From contig NC_092677.1 in the NCBI RefSeq assembly GCF_964355755.1, positions 15,956,101-16,020,100 of the forward strand: 64,000 bases of DNA, in the 5' to 3' direction. Shown here piece after piece: positions 52,246 to 64,000 of this stretch; position 1 is the first letter of the stretch; each line of letters starts with the position of its first letter. A program made the position numbers and the translations under genes. The notes beneath the pieces are model-generated. The model had not been told where the DNA came from. It did no database searches and saw only the letters and a program-made list of their open reading frames with translations. This DNA comes from Antedon mediterranea. Its lineage: Eukaryota; Animalia; Echinodermata.

Positions 52246-55200
52246 ATGAAGTATAAAACCGTACCTGAGGGCCGCCAAGCTATAGTTATTGACAATTTAG
52301 GTAAAGCAGAGCTTATAGTAGGACCACAAAGGGTTAGTTTACTTTTAATAAAGTTAATTTATGTTTTATTGTAAAATATTCAAAGATTTCAGACGCCGCT
52401 AGGGTAGGCCTTCTTCTATTTATAATCTGGAGTCTAGTAGTAGACCCCTCCCCCTGGCCTAGCTCTAGTCTACCTAGCTGGCCGGGTAGGCTTGATACTT
52501 TCACAATGTGGGCCTAGCCTACACTATATTAAACATCATATCTAACGAGAAAACGTATGGTGCAGTAGCCTACTGATTAGGCTAAGCTAGACTGAGTCTT
52601 GCCCAAACTGCTTCAGCAGTGAAAAGGGGAATACTGAATAGTATACTATACTATAATAGTAATTAAAGATTATGTACTAAAGAAATAAGAAATGTAGGCC
52701 TATACATTGCTTGTTTTCTATATATCGTCCTGACTTTTCAATATCAAAATGTATCTCAGGCAGTTTAAATAAAAAATGATATTAAATATTGTTTTAGTTT
52801 TGTGTCTTTTTTTTATGAACAGGTTTTTTTGTATAAGAAACGTCTAACTTTTTTGAGACATTACACGGCTACGCAAAAAGAGTATCTGGTGATCCATGAC
52901 AAAGATGGTCTTGTTAAACATAAACCTGGGTAATCAACATTAAATTCTCATATTTTTGTTGCAAATAAAATTGTATGCAATTTACTCAATGACTGGTAAA
53001 CAACTGATTACAAGCTAAATTAATTTTTGTTCAAAATGCTCAGATTTTTTTTCTATGATGTCTTCGTACATTGAATTGAGTAAAATTCTACTACTGTTAA
53101 GAAAATTTCTACTATATATATTATGTACGGTAGTATAACTTACAAAGCTAAAACTATTGACCAATCAGAGCATGTTTAGAATAACATCTGCAATTTTTTT
53201 TTCTCAACAGACCCTGTCAGGTGTTCTTAAACCCATATCTTCATAATGATATAACTGTGAAAAATGCAGTCATATTGGATGCTACTCAGCTGCTTGTTGT
53301 ATACAAAAAAGCAAAGGACAATGTTGTCACAAGAAGACTAGTTAAAGGCCCCCTAGTGTTCATTCCGGAAGCAGAGGAGTGGTAAGTAATAAAACAAAAC
53401 ACAAATTTTGAAAAAAGCTCTCTAGTCATATGGTCAGTGGAGAGGTCACTGGCTAAACATCGAGCCCCAAAGCATAAGCAGCTCCAGAGCATAATCAGCC
53501 CCAATACAACTAGTGTTAAGAGGGCTAAACTATGGGCTTTTGTCCTCTGCGTTACGCCACTGCATTATCACCATTCAAACATGAATGCTTCCCTTCAAAA
53601 CTAACTTATGTTTAAGGATTTTCCTTAAGTTGTAATTTACTTGTTCACATCAAAGGCCCTGACAATCTGTCAACCCAGTGGTCTACATTGATTTGTACCA
53701 TCTGCTCAACTCTTTGAATTTTCTGAAACTTTAGGCTGCATGAGTTTACCTGGCATGGACCATCAGATACTGACAGGACAAAAATCGTAGCATACCAACG
53801 CAAGTTCACTAAACTGACAATCATTCCAGAGAATATGTACTACAATGTACGTAAAAGTAATATATTAAATTGTAGTACAGTATGTATAGGCAATCAAAAA
53901 ATTGCCCATTGATAATAAAGAATATACAATAATTGTAACATGAGAAAATAAGACGGAATAGAACTACTGTAGTAGGCTTGATATATGGAGAACTGGAACT
54001 TTGATGGTGGTACTGTATGGTATGACGTCTGACTGGATCTTTACACTATCTCTGTGACAGAAAGGAACATCACGAGTGAGATAACTAAATCTGTTGTTTC
54101 TTTTCCCAACCACCACAATTTATCTTTCCAAACATTTAATCTACTCTTCCACCTTGTACCAGTAGGTCTAGGTCTATACTATGTACATGAAATCATGTTT
54201 ATATTATCGAGTATTTATCCCACCCCCTCCCCCTAATTTATGCTAAATTCATACCCAGGCCCAAATACCCACTCGATCGTAATACTGTATATGGCAGTGG
54301 ACAAATATCTTTATTACTTGCTAATTATTTTAGATATAATATATTTTCTTTTCTAGGTAACTGATGTCAGGACTAAGGATGACACAACTTTGACCTTGAA
54401 GGTCATGATATTTTACGAGTTAAAAGATCCTGTTACCATGCTTACATTGACCCATGACCCAATCGCAGACATCATCAATGCTTTATGTGCTGACATGGTG
54501 GCATTTGCATCCAACCTTACGTAAGCATAAAACCCGTTTTTCATTTATAGGCAAATTTATTCATGCAAGATAAGCTTTCCTCCAGAGCTCATTTGTTGCC
54601 CATTTTTGTACAATTTTTTTTTCTTCAGTTATACAGCTTTTCTTGGACAGAGCAGTGATTTAAGCTGTCTTAAATGCTACCCACAGCTTGTTCAAAGGGC
54701 TGAACGTATTGGCTTTGAAATCAATAAGGTTGTGTACCGAGGGTATCAGGCTAGCTCACAGCTGCAGGTACAGTAACCACATTTGAAAAGGTTTGCCTAC
54801 TGTAAAGTTGAGGTTCTCAAGTACTACTGAACGTCCGTAATTACAACAGAGATTCGGCCTAACTACAGACATATGGAAAAAAAGTACAAAAATACAAAAG
54901 TATGATTTGACCTAAAACCAGCCTTCCCCCACGTTCTCTAATATTAGATAATATACAGTATAAAAACTATTGTCAACAAAACAAAGATAGGGCGGGTATC
55001 TTTACTTGAGAGAATTTGTACAGTACAGTTATACACATTTGTGCACGTATCCATACAGTAGGCAATCCTTTCGATAGGCATAGCGTATCAAAATTACCAG
55101 AATTGTACTAGAAAGGTTTTCATTGTAAAGAGGGTTCTTTTAGGACGGGTAACCACCCTGACCCTAAATTTCCTAGTTATTGTGAACGAATATTCTAAAT

Positions 55201-56609
55201 CGGTAATTTGCCTAAATAAAAATTATTTTCTATTTGTCGCAATTAGAATATGCAAGACAATGCCATCAAATCACGAACACAGCTGAGACTGAGCACAGAG
55301 GTTGAGGAACGCGAGCAGAGACTGAATCAGTTCAAACTTCAACGGGATGAATCAAGAACCAAATTAAGTAAGAACTTAAGAGCATTTAATGCTCAGTAAT
55401 ATTCCAGAGTTTAGTAAATGAAGATTGTACATTGTTTATTCTTTATCAATACTACTGTATTAGCCTACATTAGAAAAGTTTATAAACAGTGTATATATAA
55501 AATTCTCAATTTTGTCTCAAGTACTCTCACTGATAAAGGCCTACTGCCTGAAAGCTCTGCTAATTTTTCTGGCTGTTTTACTTTATCGTTTTGATTTAGC
55601 ATTTGGCTTATTTACCTCCGCCAAGGAAGTATATGTAGTTGATCGTGTGTCTGTTTGTCTGTCTGATTACTCACAACTGTACTGTAGAACCTGGTATAAT
55701 AATCATTTAAATCTGTACTATAATCTTTATCCTTTGAAATAATGGCCGTCATTCACCACTATTTTTGTTTTGCCTTTACAGAGCATGAAATGCAAGTATC
55801 CAATCACCAACATGCTCAAGCTCTAGACAGAATGACACAAGACCATGACCTGCAACTAGCTAGCCTAGATCACCAGCATAATGTGGAAATTACCCAGCTG
55901 GACATGCAAACTCAACTAGGTATATCCATTTCAATATGTTTGTTCTTTTTTCACATAGTACCCAGAAAGTAAAGTTACTGTTGTACATTTTGCACTTGGC
56001 TTAAAAAACCCAAAAGCACCATTAATGTTTCTATAAAAAAAAAGGGAATTTCACCTTTTAGCATTTTGCACATAAGACCATGTAACTACTGTGTACTGTG
56101 CATAGCCCTAGGCATGTGTACAATCAGCTGAAGGAGACTGGGCCTATCTAAAGGTAAATTTATTACACTACTCTAGACAGTGGAATTGCCTCCAGCGAAA
56201 AATAAAAGGAGAAAAAATCAAATCTGCTTGTTTCTTAACAAAGAATCCTGTACACTAGTTTTGGGTCTAGTAGTTCCTGGGCCTAGTGTAGACCTACAGT
56301 ACCAACCAATTGAATGTGGGCATCTTCCTGGTATGCAGATTATTTTGTGTTTTTGCAGATATATTATCTACTCTTATTTATACATATATTTCTTGTAATT
56401 TGGGGTATGTACTGAAAATGTTTTAGAAAAAATATTTTTCTTTTAACTGTATTGTTTACTTCATTGTTTTAGATCTTGAAGAAGCAAGGAACAAAGCGGA
56501 AGAAGACTATCTCAGGGAACTCAGTAAAATGAATGTGGACATGACTAAGTACTTGGTGAATATGCATTACTCAGAGGTCAACAAGCAGGTTGAAGTGGTC
56601 GGCGTGTAA
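52246..56609 (+). CDS. Uncharacterised SPFH/Band-7-like protein with major-vault-protein-like repeats and coiled coil, 391 aa
   Basis: Exons 52246-52332, 52823-52929, 53211-53381, 53735-53846, 54357-54520, 54629-54767, 55247-55367, 55782-55919, 56473-56609 total 1176 nt, all GT-AG, ATG to TAA. Three GP repeats (IVGPQRVFL, KPGPCQVFL, VKGPLVFIP), SPFH-like VTDVRTKDDTTLTLKVMIFYEL..DPIADIINAL..IGFEINKVVY, and a long helical tail. Confidence 0.88.
55527..55600 (+). mobile_element. Second, degenerate copy of the hammerhead-bearing repeat end
   Basis: CACTGATAAAGGCCTACTGCCTGAAAGCTCTGCTAATTTTTCTGGCTGTTTTACTTTATCGTTTTGATTTAGC matches the reverse complement of 12185-12259. Confidence 0.8.
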
Positions 56610-57519
56610 ACACATTCTTAGATGAGAATTGCAATCCGAGGTCATAGTCATAAACTCAATTAGGAATTACATGGTTGTAGGAGTTGCAAAATAACGAATA
56701 CAAAATATATTTTTGTGTTTATTTTTGTTGTGATGGGCTTAAAAGGTAAACCACAGTTAATTGCTGAAAGGAAGATAACTGTGTAAACACATGCTTAGCT
56801 GACAGAAAAGGATAGCAAGGTCAACAAAAATGCATCTAGTCTATTCATGTTCATACTAGGCAGCAGATATCTTTAACTATTCTTAATGTTCTACTCCATA
56901 TTCTTTACCTTACACAGTATGTATGTTGAGAATATTACGCTTCAAAGTTTAATTCATATACTATTTTGATTATGTACTGTATTTTACACGATCACAATTT
57001 CAGTCTCAAAGATGCCTACTGAATTTAAATGTAAATTTGAAAATCACATTCACATAAAAAAAAAGGTACACAAACATTTCAGATGAATATGGCTCAGTTA
57101 AAGGCAAAAAATGATATAATAAACAGAAGAGATTGATTTAAATACCATATTTCCTTGCAATTTTTAGCTACAACGCAATATTTTTATAAAACCGATTTCA
57201 AAGAAACCTGTTGTCTTGTGATTTTTTAATAGAAACTGGTCCATAGGCCTTAGTCCAGTTCCCTATGTCAAACAAGGACATATACTTGGCTGCAGTTGCG
57301 TGCTCAAATTTAGGTTAGTGTTTACCGACCGACATGGTGAGCTGCAGAGTCACGTCGCACGCGACTAAAAAGTGCCCTTGTGTGCTAATATAAAAGGAAA
57401 GTTTAAACATTGTGTTTTATAAATATTTGGAGCATGCTGTATGTTGTCAAATTTCTAAAATTCATCTTTGACTTATGACCTCAATTTTATTATTTCTGTG
57501 TATTTGATTTTTATCATTG

Positions 57520-57836
57520 TGTGACCAGAAATGCATGTGGCTCATTTTTTGCCACCTTTTGGAACACCTCATTGTAGTACACTGAAAGTATCTATTTTTA
57601 TTTCATCGTTTTTTTGTTTTTATTTATTATTTTATGTAGTAAATTGTATTAGTTTAAATGTATGTCTATTGTTTCTGGGGTCTTTCTCGAGACAAGAAAC
57701 TTGTTTTCTTCTAGAGAAGACCCCAAATGATGGCTTATTACTATGTTTTCATTTATGTACACACCTATAATTATATTATACTGTATAATGCCATTGTTGA
57801 ATAAATAAATGTTTTTTAAACTTGAACTTGAACTCA
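57520..57836 (+). mobile_element. Probable LINE 3' end remnant
   Basis: GGGGTCTT..AAGACCCC hairpin (57677-57725), AATAAA and a (CTTGAA)n tail. Confidence 0.45.
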
Positions 57837-58474
57837 ATCAAAACACAAAATTCGTTGGGGATCCGATTGAATAGTAATTTATTTTGAATTAATGTGATTT
57901 ATTATGAATTATAAAAAGGTTATATATTTGACCGCCACATGGAATTGTGAACTGCTCATACTGTAGGTAGTCTAACTATGTGTAATATAGGCTTATGTGC
58001 CATTTACATTATAAGAAATATATTCTAATTTTATTGTATACAGAATTATGTGATTTGATGGTAATGTTTTAGACCCATTATTGTAGTTAGATTTATAAAG
58101 CCAACTCTATACGTCACTTTGACATGGATATCATTGACATTCAAATAACAACAGAAAGGTACAATGTGACTTAGAAATAATATAATTGTTGTATTTGGTG
58201 TAACAAAAATAGTATGTAACACGTTGTACAATATTGACCATAAAATGCTTTATAAAATATATATATAAAATGCGGTATCTAAGTATGTAACACGTTGTAC
58301 AATATTGACCAATAACTGTCTGCTTCCATCTCTGGCTATGTGAAGACACATCCGTGTAATAATACACTATTTATTTCAGTGCCCATTACTTGTAACTCGA
58401 TATTTCAATAATCTTGTGACGTCACCAATTATCGATTCTAAAAACCAATAGGATTATTTTTTACTATGATGAAA

Positions 58475-58830
58475 CTATTTTGAAAGTGTATACTTAGCAG
58501 AATGCTTTCCAACAATTTTTCGGAAAAAATGATTTTTCAGAAATACGTCAAGGTACATGAAAGCTAACAAAAGAGAAATTAAATTACAGTCATAATCGGA
58601 GTTCATAATCTTGTAAAGCACCCTATGGTCACACAGAAGACCAAGGTTATTAGCGTCATAATCAGGGTAAAACTTAATAATTAAGAAGTGAAAAGTGCAG
58701 AACTCAAGGTTATACCAAATAATGGTCTTATATAAAAGAGCCTTTCCATCACTATAAAAGGATCTGCAATTTCTTAAGATCAGACGCAGCATTTTATTGG
58801 CTTTGAAGACAATTGAATTAACATGAAAGA
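58475..58830 (-). mobile_element. Decayed LINE RT fragment
   Basis: ..KANKMLRLILRNCRSF....KALLYKTII..NLEF resembles the post-RT region of CR1/Jockey-group LINEs. Confidence 0.55.
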
Positions 58831-58839
58831 AGAAATTTT

Positions 58840-59800
58840 ATTTAGAATATACAAACAAAATTCAAGGTCGTTGTGAAAAGGAACAGTATCAAGGACAAAA
58901 ACTGATATGTATCACAGGACATCCAAAATGGTACGTCGTGTTGCCAAAGCAATTCACAGTGGGTTGTTTTTCTCAATAGTTGCAGACGAATGCACGGGGG
59001 TGTACGGTATCCAATAAAAAAAAGCATCTTACAATATGCACCCGTTGGTCAATGAAGATCTGAATCGGAAGGAGTTTCTAGGCTTTTTTGAAAACCTCAA
59101 TATCAAGGATAATACAATAACAGCTCCTATCAAAGACAGACTTACAAGAATGAGCCTGTCTACGAACATTATAGGGGAAATGCTACGACGCAGGTGACCT
59201 AATAATAGTATAAGGGAGTGGCGGTACAGATAGCGTCAGAGCAACCAAATGCACATTTCACTCATTGTGGTATTAGTCATGCTTTGAGTTTGGCAGTGAA
59301 AGATTTGACAAAGAGTTCAAACTTATCATCAGATGCCATGGATACTACTTAAGATATCAAATTTCCTCCTAAACGAGAAGGCATCTTGGTGGGGAAATTT
59401 AAGCCGACATCAATAATAGCAGCACACGGGATAAGAGTTCTGTGACCAACACGGTGGACAGTTCGCGAAAATAGTTTCAGTAGAATTTTACAATTGCGAA
59501 GCACTTTAAGCCCGCATAATTGGAGTCAAATGGAATTGTTCAGCTACGTGTTTGCTCTTTACGTAGGTGAACAGCTTTATGGTCTGAAATATATCTTAAG
59601 ACGCACTTCAGCAATCCAAATTTTAGAATAGAATTAAATTATCAAAGAACTCCGAACAGATAAAAATTTCAATAATATAGATGAAGCTATTGTTAGAAAG
59701 GCCTGAAAGCTTGAGGGAATTAGATCTAGACAGTAATCCCAAACTTCATAGAAAGCGTCGTGCACCCAAAACAAAAACATGAAATGAACCTCGTTTATAG
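58840..59800 (+). pseudogene. Decayed hAT-family (ZMYM1-like) transposase
   Basis: Across frameshifts: FSIVADECT, EFLGFF, CYD, KGVAVQIASEQPNAHFTHC..SHALSLAVKD, PKREGIL, IRVL*PTRWTVR. Confidence 0.85.
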
Positions 59801-60948
59801 CATAAAGAAATATGGAAGGGCTGCTGGTTAAAGGAATCAGAGGAAATTGCATTCATAGAAGATAATTACTATTCGGATATTAATAAATCACAGATACTCT
59901 TTTAAAATTGTTCCCGGGGGACTGCTTGTTTTATTTCGTCAGAAAAGAACAAATACATAAAACAAAAGAAAAGAAAGTGTAAACTCAAAATGAATGGTTA
60001 ACCAAAAAGCGAAATGAATTACTGTCATTACAAGTGGCTCATACATCAAAATTAAAAATTAAAAGAGGTATACAATTATAATTAAAATACTTTAAATTCC
60101 TTTACAATTTAAATGAAATAGTTAAACATCTAAATATATCTTAAGCTATTATAATATATGTTGTATAGAAAACATTAAAATCTAGAAATAGAGAGGCAAA
60201 TTTATATTTGATGTTACATTTCTTTGTTTTGTTGGTTTTTTTCTACAGTATATGATTGTTTTTTATTTTTTTGTGAACGCTACCATCAAGCAAAATCAAA
60301 GAATTAAATAAAAATTATAACGTTCTACATAGAACTATAGAATATACTACTAATTCTGATATCAAGGTAAACCTATGCATTGCCTTCAGTGGTGGCGCCA
60401 GCGTAGGAGAGAGATCCCCACCCTGTCAACAAGCCCCTCACCCAACCACCACCTCGTCGAGGAGGCTTGATCATGTTTGTCATGAATACAATTATGATAC
60501 TTCTTTTTGACAAAAAAAAAACAAATACTTTACTGAGTGTGCCCAATTAATGATTTTCATCTTTAAAAGTGACTAAAACTACCCTTAAATTTATATCATC
60601 GGACTTTCTGGAGCCCCAGGTCTCCGTCAGATAAACCAACCGCCACGACTGATACTTTAACAGCCAAGCTAAAAATGCAGCGGTCATTACCTGTTCTTCA
60701 ATTATTTCAAATATTGTAAAAGCATACAAACAACAATGGTAATGGTAATATATCAACATATTAACTTATGTGTCCATCCGAATAGTGGTATCTAGGTCCC
60801 TTTTATTGACAATATGATTAATTATACTGTATTTTTCAATGGTCCAAGTTACTTACTTCTTATTATCTGATTAGCAAATTACTTATCCATCACCCAATTA
60901 TTTCTTATTCTGTATATGATAATATTAATATCAATGTGGTAATTCGTC

Positions 60949-61790
60949 TCAGTTGGTTTTGGCTCGTAGTTCATACATTTTCTATAGAAAGGAAGGCTGA
61001 AATCTATACATTCTTGTACGTCTTCAGGTATCTCCGATATTAGAGGAACAGGTGCAGGTTTTTGAAAGTGTGTGATAGAATATGTATTCTTATGCCAGCC
61101 TCCAAGATCAGCCCACTATATAATTTCTTCTGAAGATTTCCAGCATTTTCGGACTTGCTTTCCTCCCTTCCACTCTAACAATTGATCAGTATAACTTATG
61201 CCGGAAAATTGACAAAACTGACGAAGTATACATTCAGGATTTTCTAGAAGATCATCGGCATCCATAATAAAAGGCTTCGCTTCGATTCCTGTTTTTATCA
61301 GATGGTCATACAACAGCAAACTTTCTCGGAATGCGTACAGATTCGGAAAGCCATCTTCCAGTCTATTCATCTTTAAATGTGCATCCTTTATAGAACTGAA
61401 AACTCTTTCTGGCCTGCGAATTATAAATGCATGTCGATAGCCCTTTGGTAGCATATCTAGCTGTTTGATAATTGCATGAGACATATCTTTTACAAAAACA
61501 ACTTTTTTGCCTGGATATTCTGCTTCCAATATGTTTTCGTTAATATATTGATAACAGCAAACTTCGGAATCCCATGTCTCCTCGCAATATGTAGCTAAAG
61601 CGCTTGTTGTTTCTTTTAAGTTCCTCTGTACTCTTGAGGTAATCGTACGCTCATTATCAGGGCCTACAAGTAAGGCACTGATATAAGGCTGGTTGATAAT
61701 TTGTACATCTTCTAGATTGCTCATAGAAACAGCAAACGTAGTAGAGACACTACGAAGAACGGCCCAAAGACAAATACGAACTTGAGACAT
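60949..61790 (-). pseudogene. Intronless sulfotransferase-like (P-loop fold, BCAT-like N-terminal family) pseudogene
   Basis: RICLWAVLRSVST, VFVKDM, HAFIIRRPERV, IMDADDLLENPE..LLEW. In-frame TAG at 61116-61118, then homology continues (GWHKN..PEDVQECIDFSLPFY), with an apparent 1-nt deletion near 60980 before MYELR. Confidence 0.8.
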
Positions 61791-62184
61791 TCTGTTTTAT
61801 ACAACAGATAAAGTAAATCAGTGCGGCAAATAAAAAAAACGGTAATACATTTTTAAATGGTTAATTCTATCTTAATAAATAGTCTTCTGTATATAATATC
61901 AACAATTGTAATAGTTTTATTCAGAGTAAACTAAACTAAATTCCAACGTATTACCCCGGATGTCATATTCCAGAGGGCACTATTAATTATCGTTACACCG
62001 ATGCTTGTCCAGTTTTTGCAGTTTAAGAAACCATCATTGCAGCCGGCGCACATTTGTAAAGACTTTCACATTTAACATGTGTGACAAGATATCCTCGATA
62101 ACTTGGAGTGGATAGGGTCATAATTGTATTTTCCATTGGATTTGTGCACAGTAGTATTCTGAACATCAATATACTGGTTTGCTA

Positions 62185-62764
62185 TGTTATAATTGTGATA
62201 ATATGTTGTCTCATGCCATCACCCTACTTCAGGATTTCTTCTGACGATTTCAGTCTTTACCAATTTCTTTGCCTCTTTCCCACTTTAATAGTTGATCAGT
62301 ATTTACAAAACTGACGTAGTATAGATTCAAGATTTTAAGCAAATCATCAGCATACATAATAAAATGCTTCGGTTCGTTTCCTGTTTTAATCAGATACTCG
62401 TACAACTGTAAACTTTCTCAAAATGCGTAAGATTCGGAAAGCCGTTTACGATTCTAAAGCCTACAGTCTTCTAGTCTATTCATCCAAGATTGTGCATCCT
62501 TCATAAATGTGAATATTTTTCAGGCCTGCGAATTAAAAATTGGTAGCATATCTAGTTGCTTGGTGATTACATTTCTTGTTTGGATATTCTGCCTCGAGTA
62601 TGTTTTCTTTCATGTATTTGTAAGAACAGTCTTTGGGGTTCCATCTTCTTTCATAAGTCATGGCTGGTTAATAATCTGTACATCTTCTAGATTGCTCATA
62701 GAAACCGTTAAAGCAGTAGAGACACTACGTGGACGGTCCAAAGACAAATACGTACTTGAAACAT
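62185..62764 (-). pseudogene. Second, more degraded tandem copy of the sulfotransferase-like gene
   Basis: 62660-62764 matches 61686-61790 (GTACATCTTCTAGATTGCTCATAGAAAC) and 62240-62450 matches 61110-61350, with several internal deletions and frameshifts. Confidence 0.88.
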
Positions 62765-64000
62765 CGTAGGCCTAAACGATCTGAAGTTTTTGTACTCAAA
62801 CAGCTAATTATACAAAAAAACATTTTTTTTAAAAGTTGGATTACTTTGATTACTTCCAGTTATAGTGATAGGGAAAAAGAGAGAAATAAGAATTGTCCGA
62901 AACCTCATTTAAGTTTATTACAATATTGTATATTGTGCCATTGTTTTATTCCATGCCAAATTAACTGGTACAAATTAATGATGGTACGGGTCACGTCCAG
63001 TTATTTTGTAATAAAAAAAAATAATAATTCTGCCATTACATTACAGGAACGACCATACGATATGAAATGAAAAGTTTTTTTTTGTAATCAACAAACGACA
63101 AATTAAATATTTTAAAAAACGTCGTCTTGTTTCCGCTGTATCAAATTGTATAATTACACACCTGTTTGTATTCTCGCAATTTGATTGGTTAGTTATCATT
63201 TGTGTCATTTGAAATTTAGCCATTTGCAAGTAACGGCAAAGTGATATAATGGTGTGATAATTAATTCGGGACTATAACAACCTCTCATGAGGCTGATCTA
63301 TAAGTTAATTTTGAAAAATAGAGCGGGGGCTGATCTGTAAGAACTTTTTTATTTATACATTGATATATGAAACGAAATTATAAGTATACATAAGTCCAGA
63401 TGAGAACATTTTGGAACACAGAGTTGTTAGGTGCCCGGAAATTGGACGTATATATACTTCGAAATATAAAAAATATATATACGGTCTTCAGGACAAGCCC
63501 TACAATAGTTAGGGCTGAGCTAAGAACATTTTGAGACATTGAGCTGCTATAGGTCCCCGGAAATTGCATTTATACATTGATATGTGAAACGAAATTATAA
63601 GCCCACCATGCATGGTTGGGATGGAGCTAATTACATTTTGAAAAATAGAGCTTAGTTAGGTTTGGTCCCCGGAAATTAGACTTAAACTTCGAAATATGAA
63701 ACAAAATGTATGTCTTCAGGATCAGCCCCATCATGGTTGGGGCCGAGTTAAAAATATTTTGAAAACTGAAGCTGCAGGTCTTCATAAACTACATTTAGGA
63801 CTATACTTTGAAAATCTCAGACCCAGAGGCATAAGCAACCCTTTTGCCCTTTTGGGGGCATGGTGCGTCCGCACCCCCGCATGGGTAACCATCAAAACGG
63901 ATTTGATACACTTTTATAATTTATGACATTCTGATTTTGTCTAGCTACTAGCTAGGTCTAGCCGACGATCAATGGCGTATACATCGCTAGGGACCAGGCT

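Noticed and set aside
61116-61118. Stop-codon readthrough in the sulfotransferase-like gene
   Set aside because: A second lesion (frameshift near 60980), degenerate motifs and a decayed neighbour favour pseudogenisation.
63240-63900. Degenerate direct repeats near the right edge
   Set aside because: Probably the interior of an old non-autonomous element. No ends, TSD or coding signal could be defined.

Overview
AT-rich, intron-containing animal genomic DNA. It looks like a marine invertebrate, possibly an echinoderm, but the taxon cannot be fixed from the sequence. All gene models were spliced and translated by eye. From left to right: (1) a composite 45-bp/~125-bp satellite (1-6300, 8100-8950) interleaved with a duplicated block of minus-strand exon-like units that lead back to a probable promoter near 10.6 kb; (2) a (TA)n-anchored repeat carrying a hammerhead ribozyme core and a tRNA-like module; (3) a short YWTD-propeller+EGF (LRP-like) gene on +; (4) a minus-strand tyrosine-kinase-like gene with an N-terminal hydrophobic segment, frameshifted at an A7 run just before DFG; (5) a complete 9-exon omega-amidase NIT2 on +, with introns full of MITEs, a 7.4-kb TIR element and LINE fragments; (6) a complete 9-exon, 391-aa gene with a reduced major-vault-protein-like architecture (3 GP repeats, SPFH-like shoulder, coiled coil); (7) a decayed hAT transposase; (8) two tandem sulfotransferase-like pseudogenes. 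The best leads are the mini-vault-like gene, the slippery-site kinase and the hammerhead/tRNA element.
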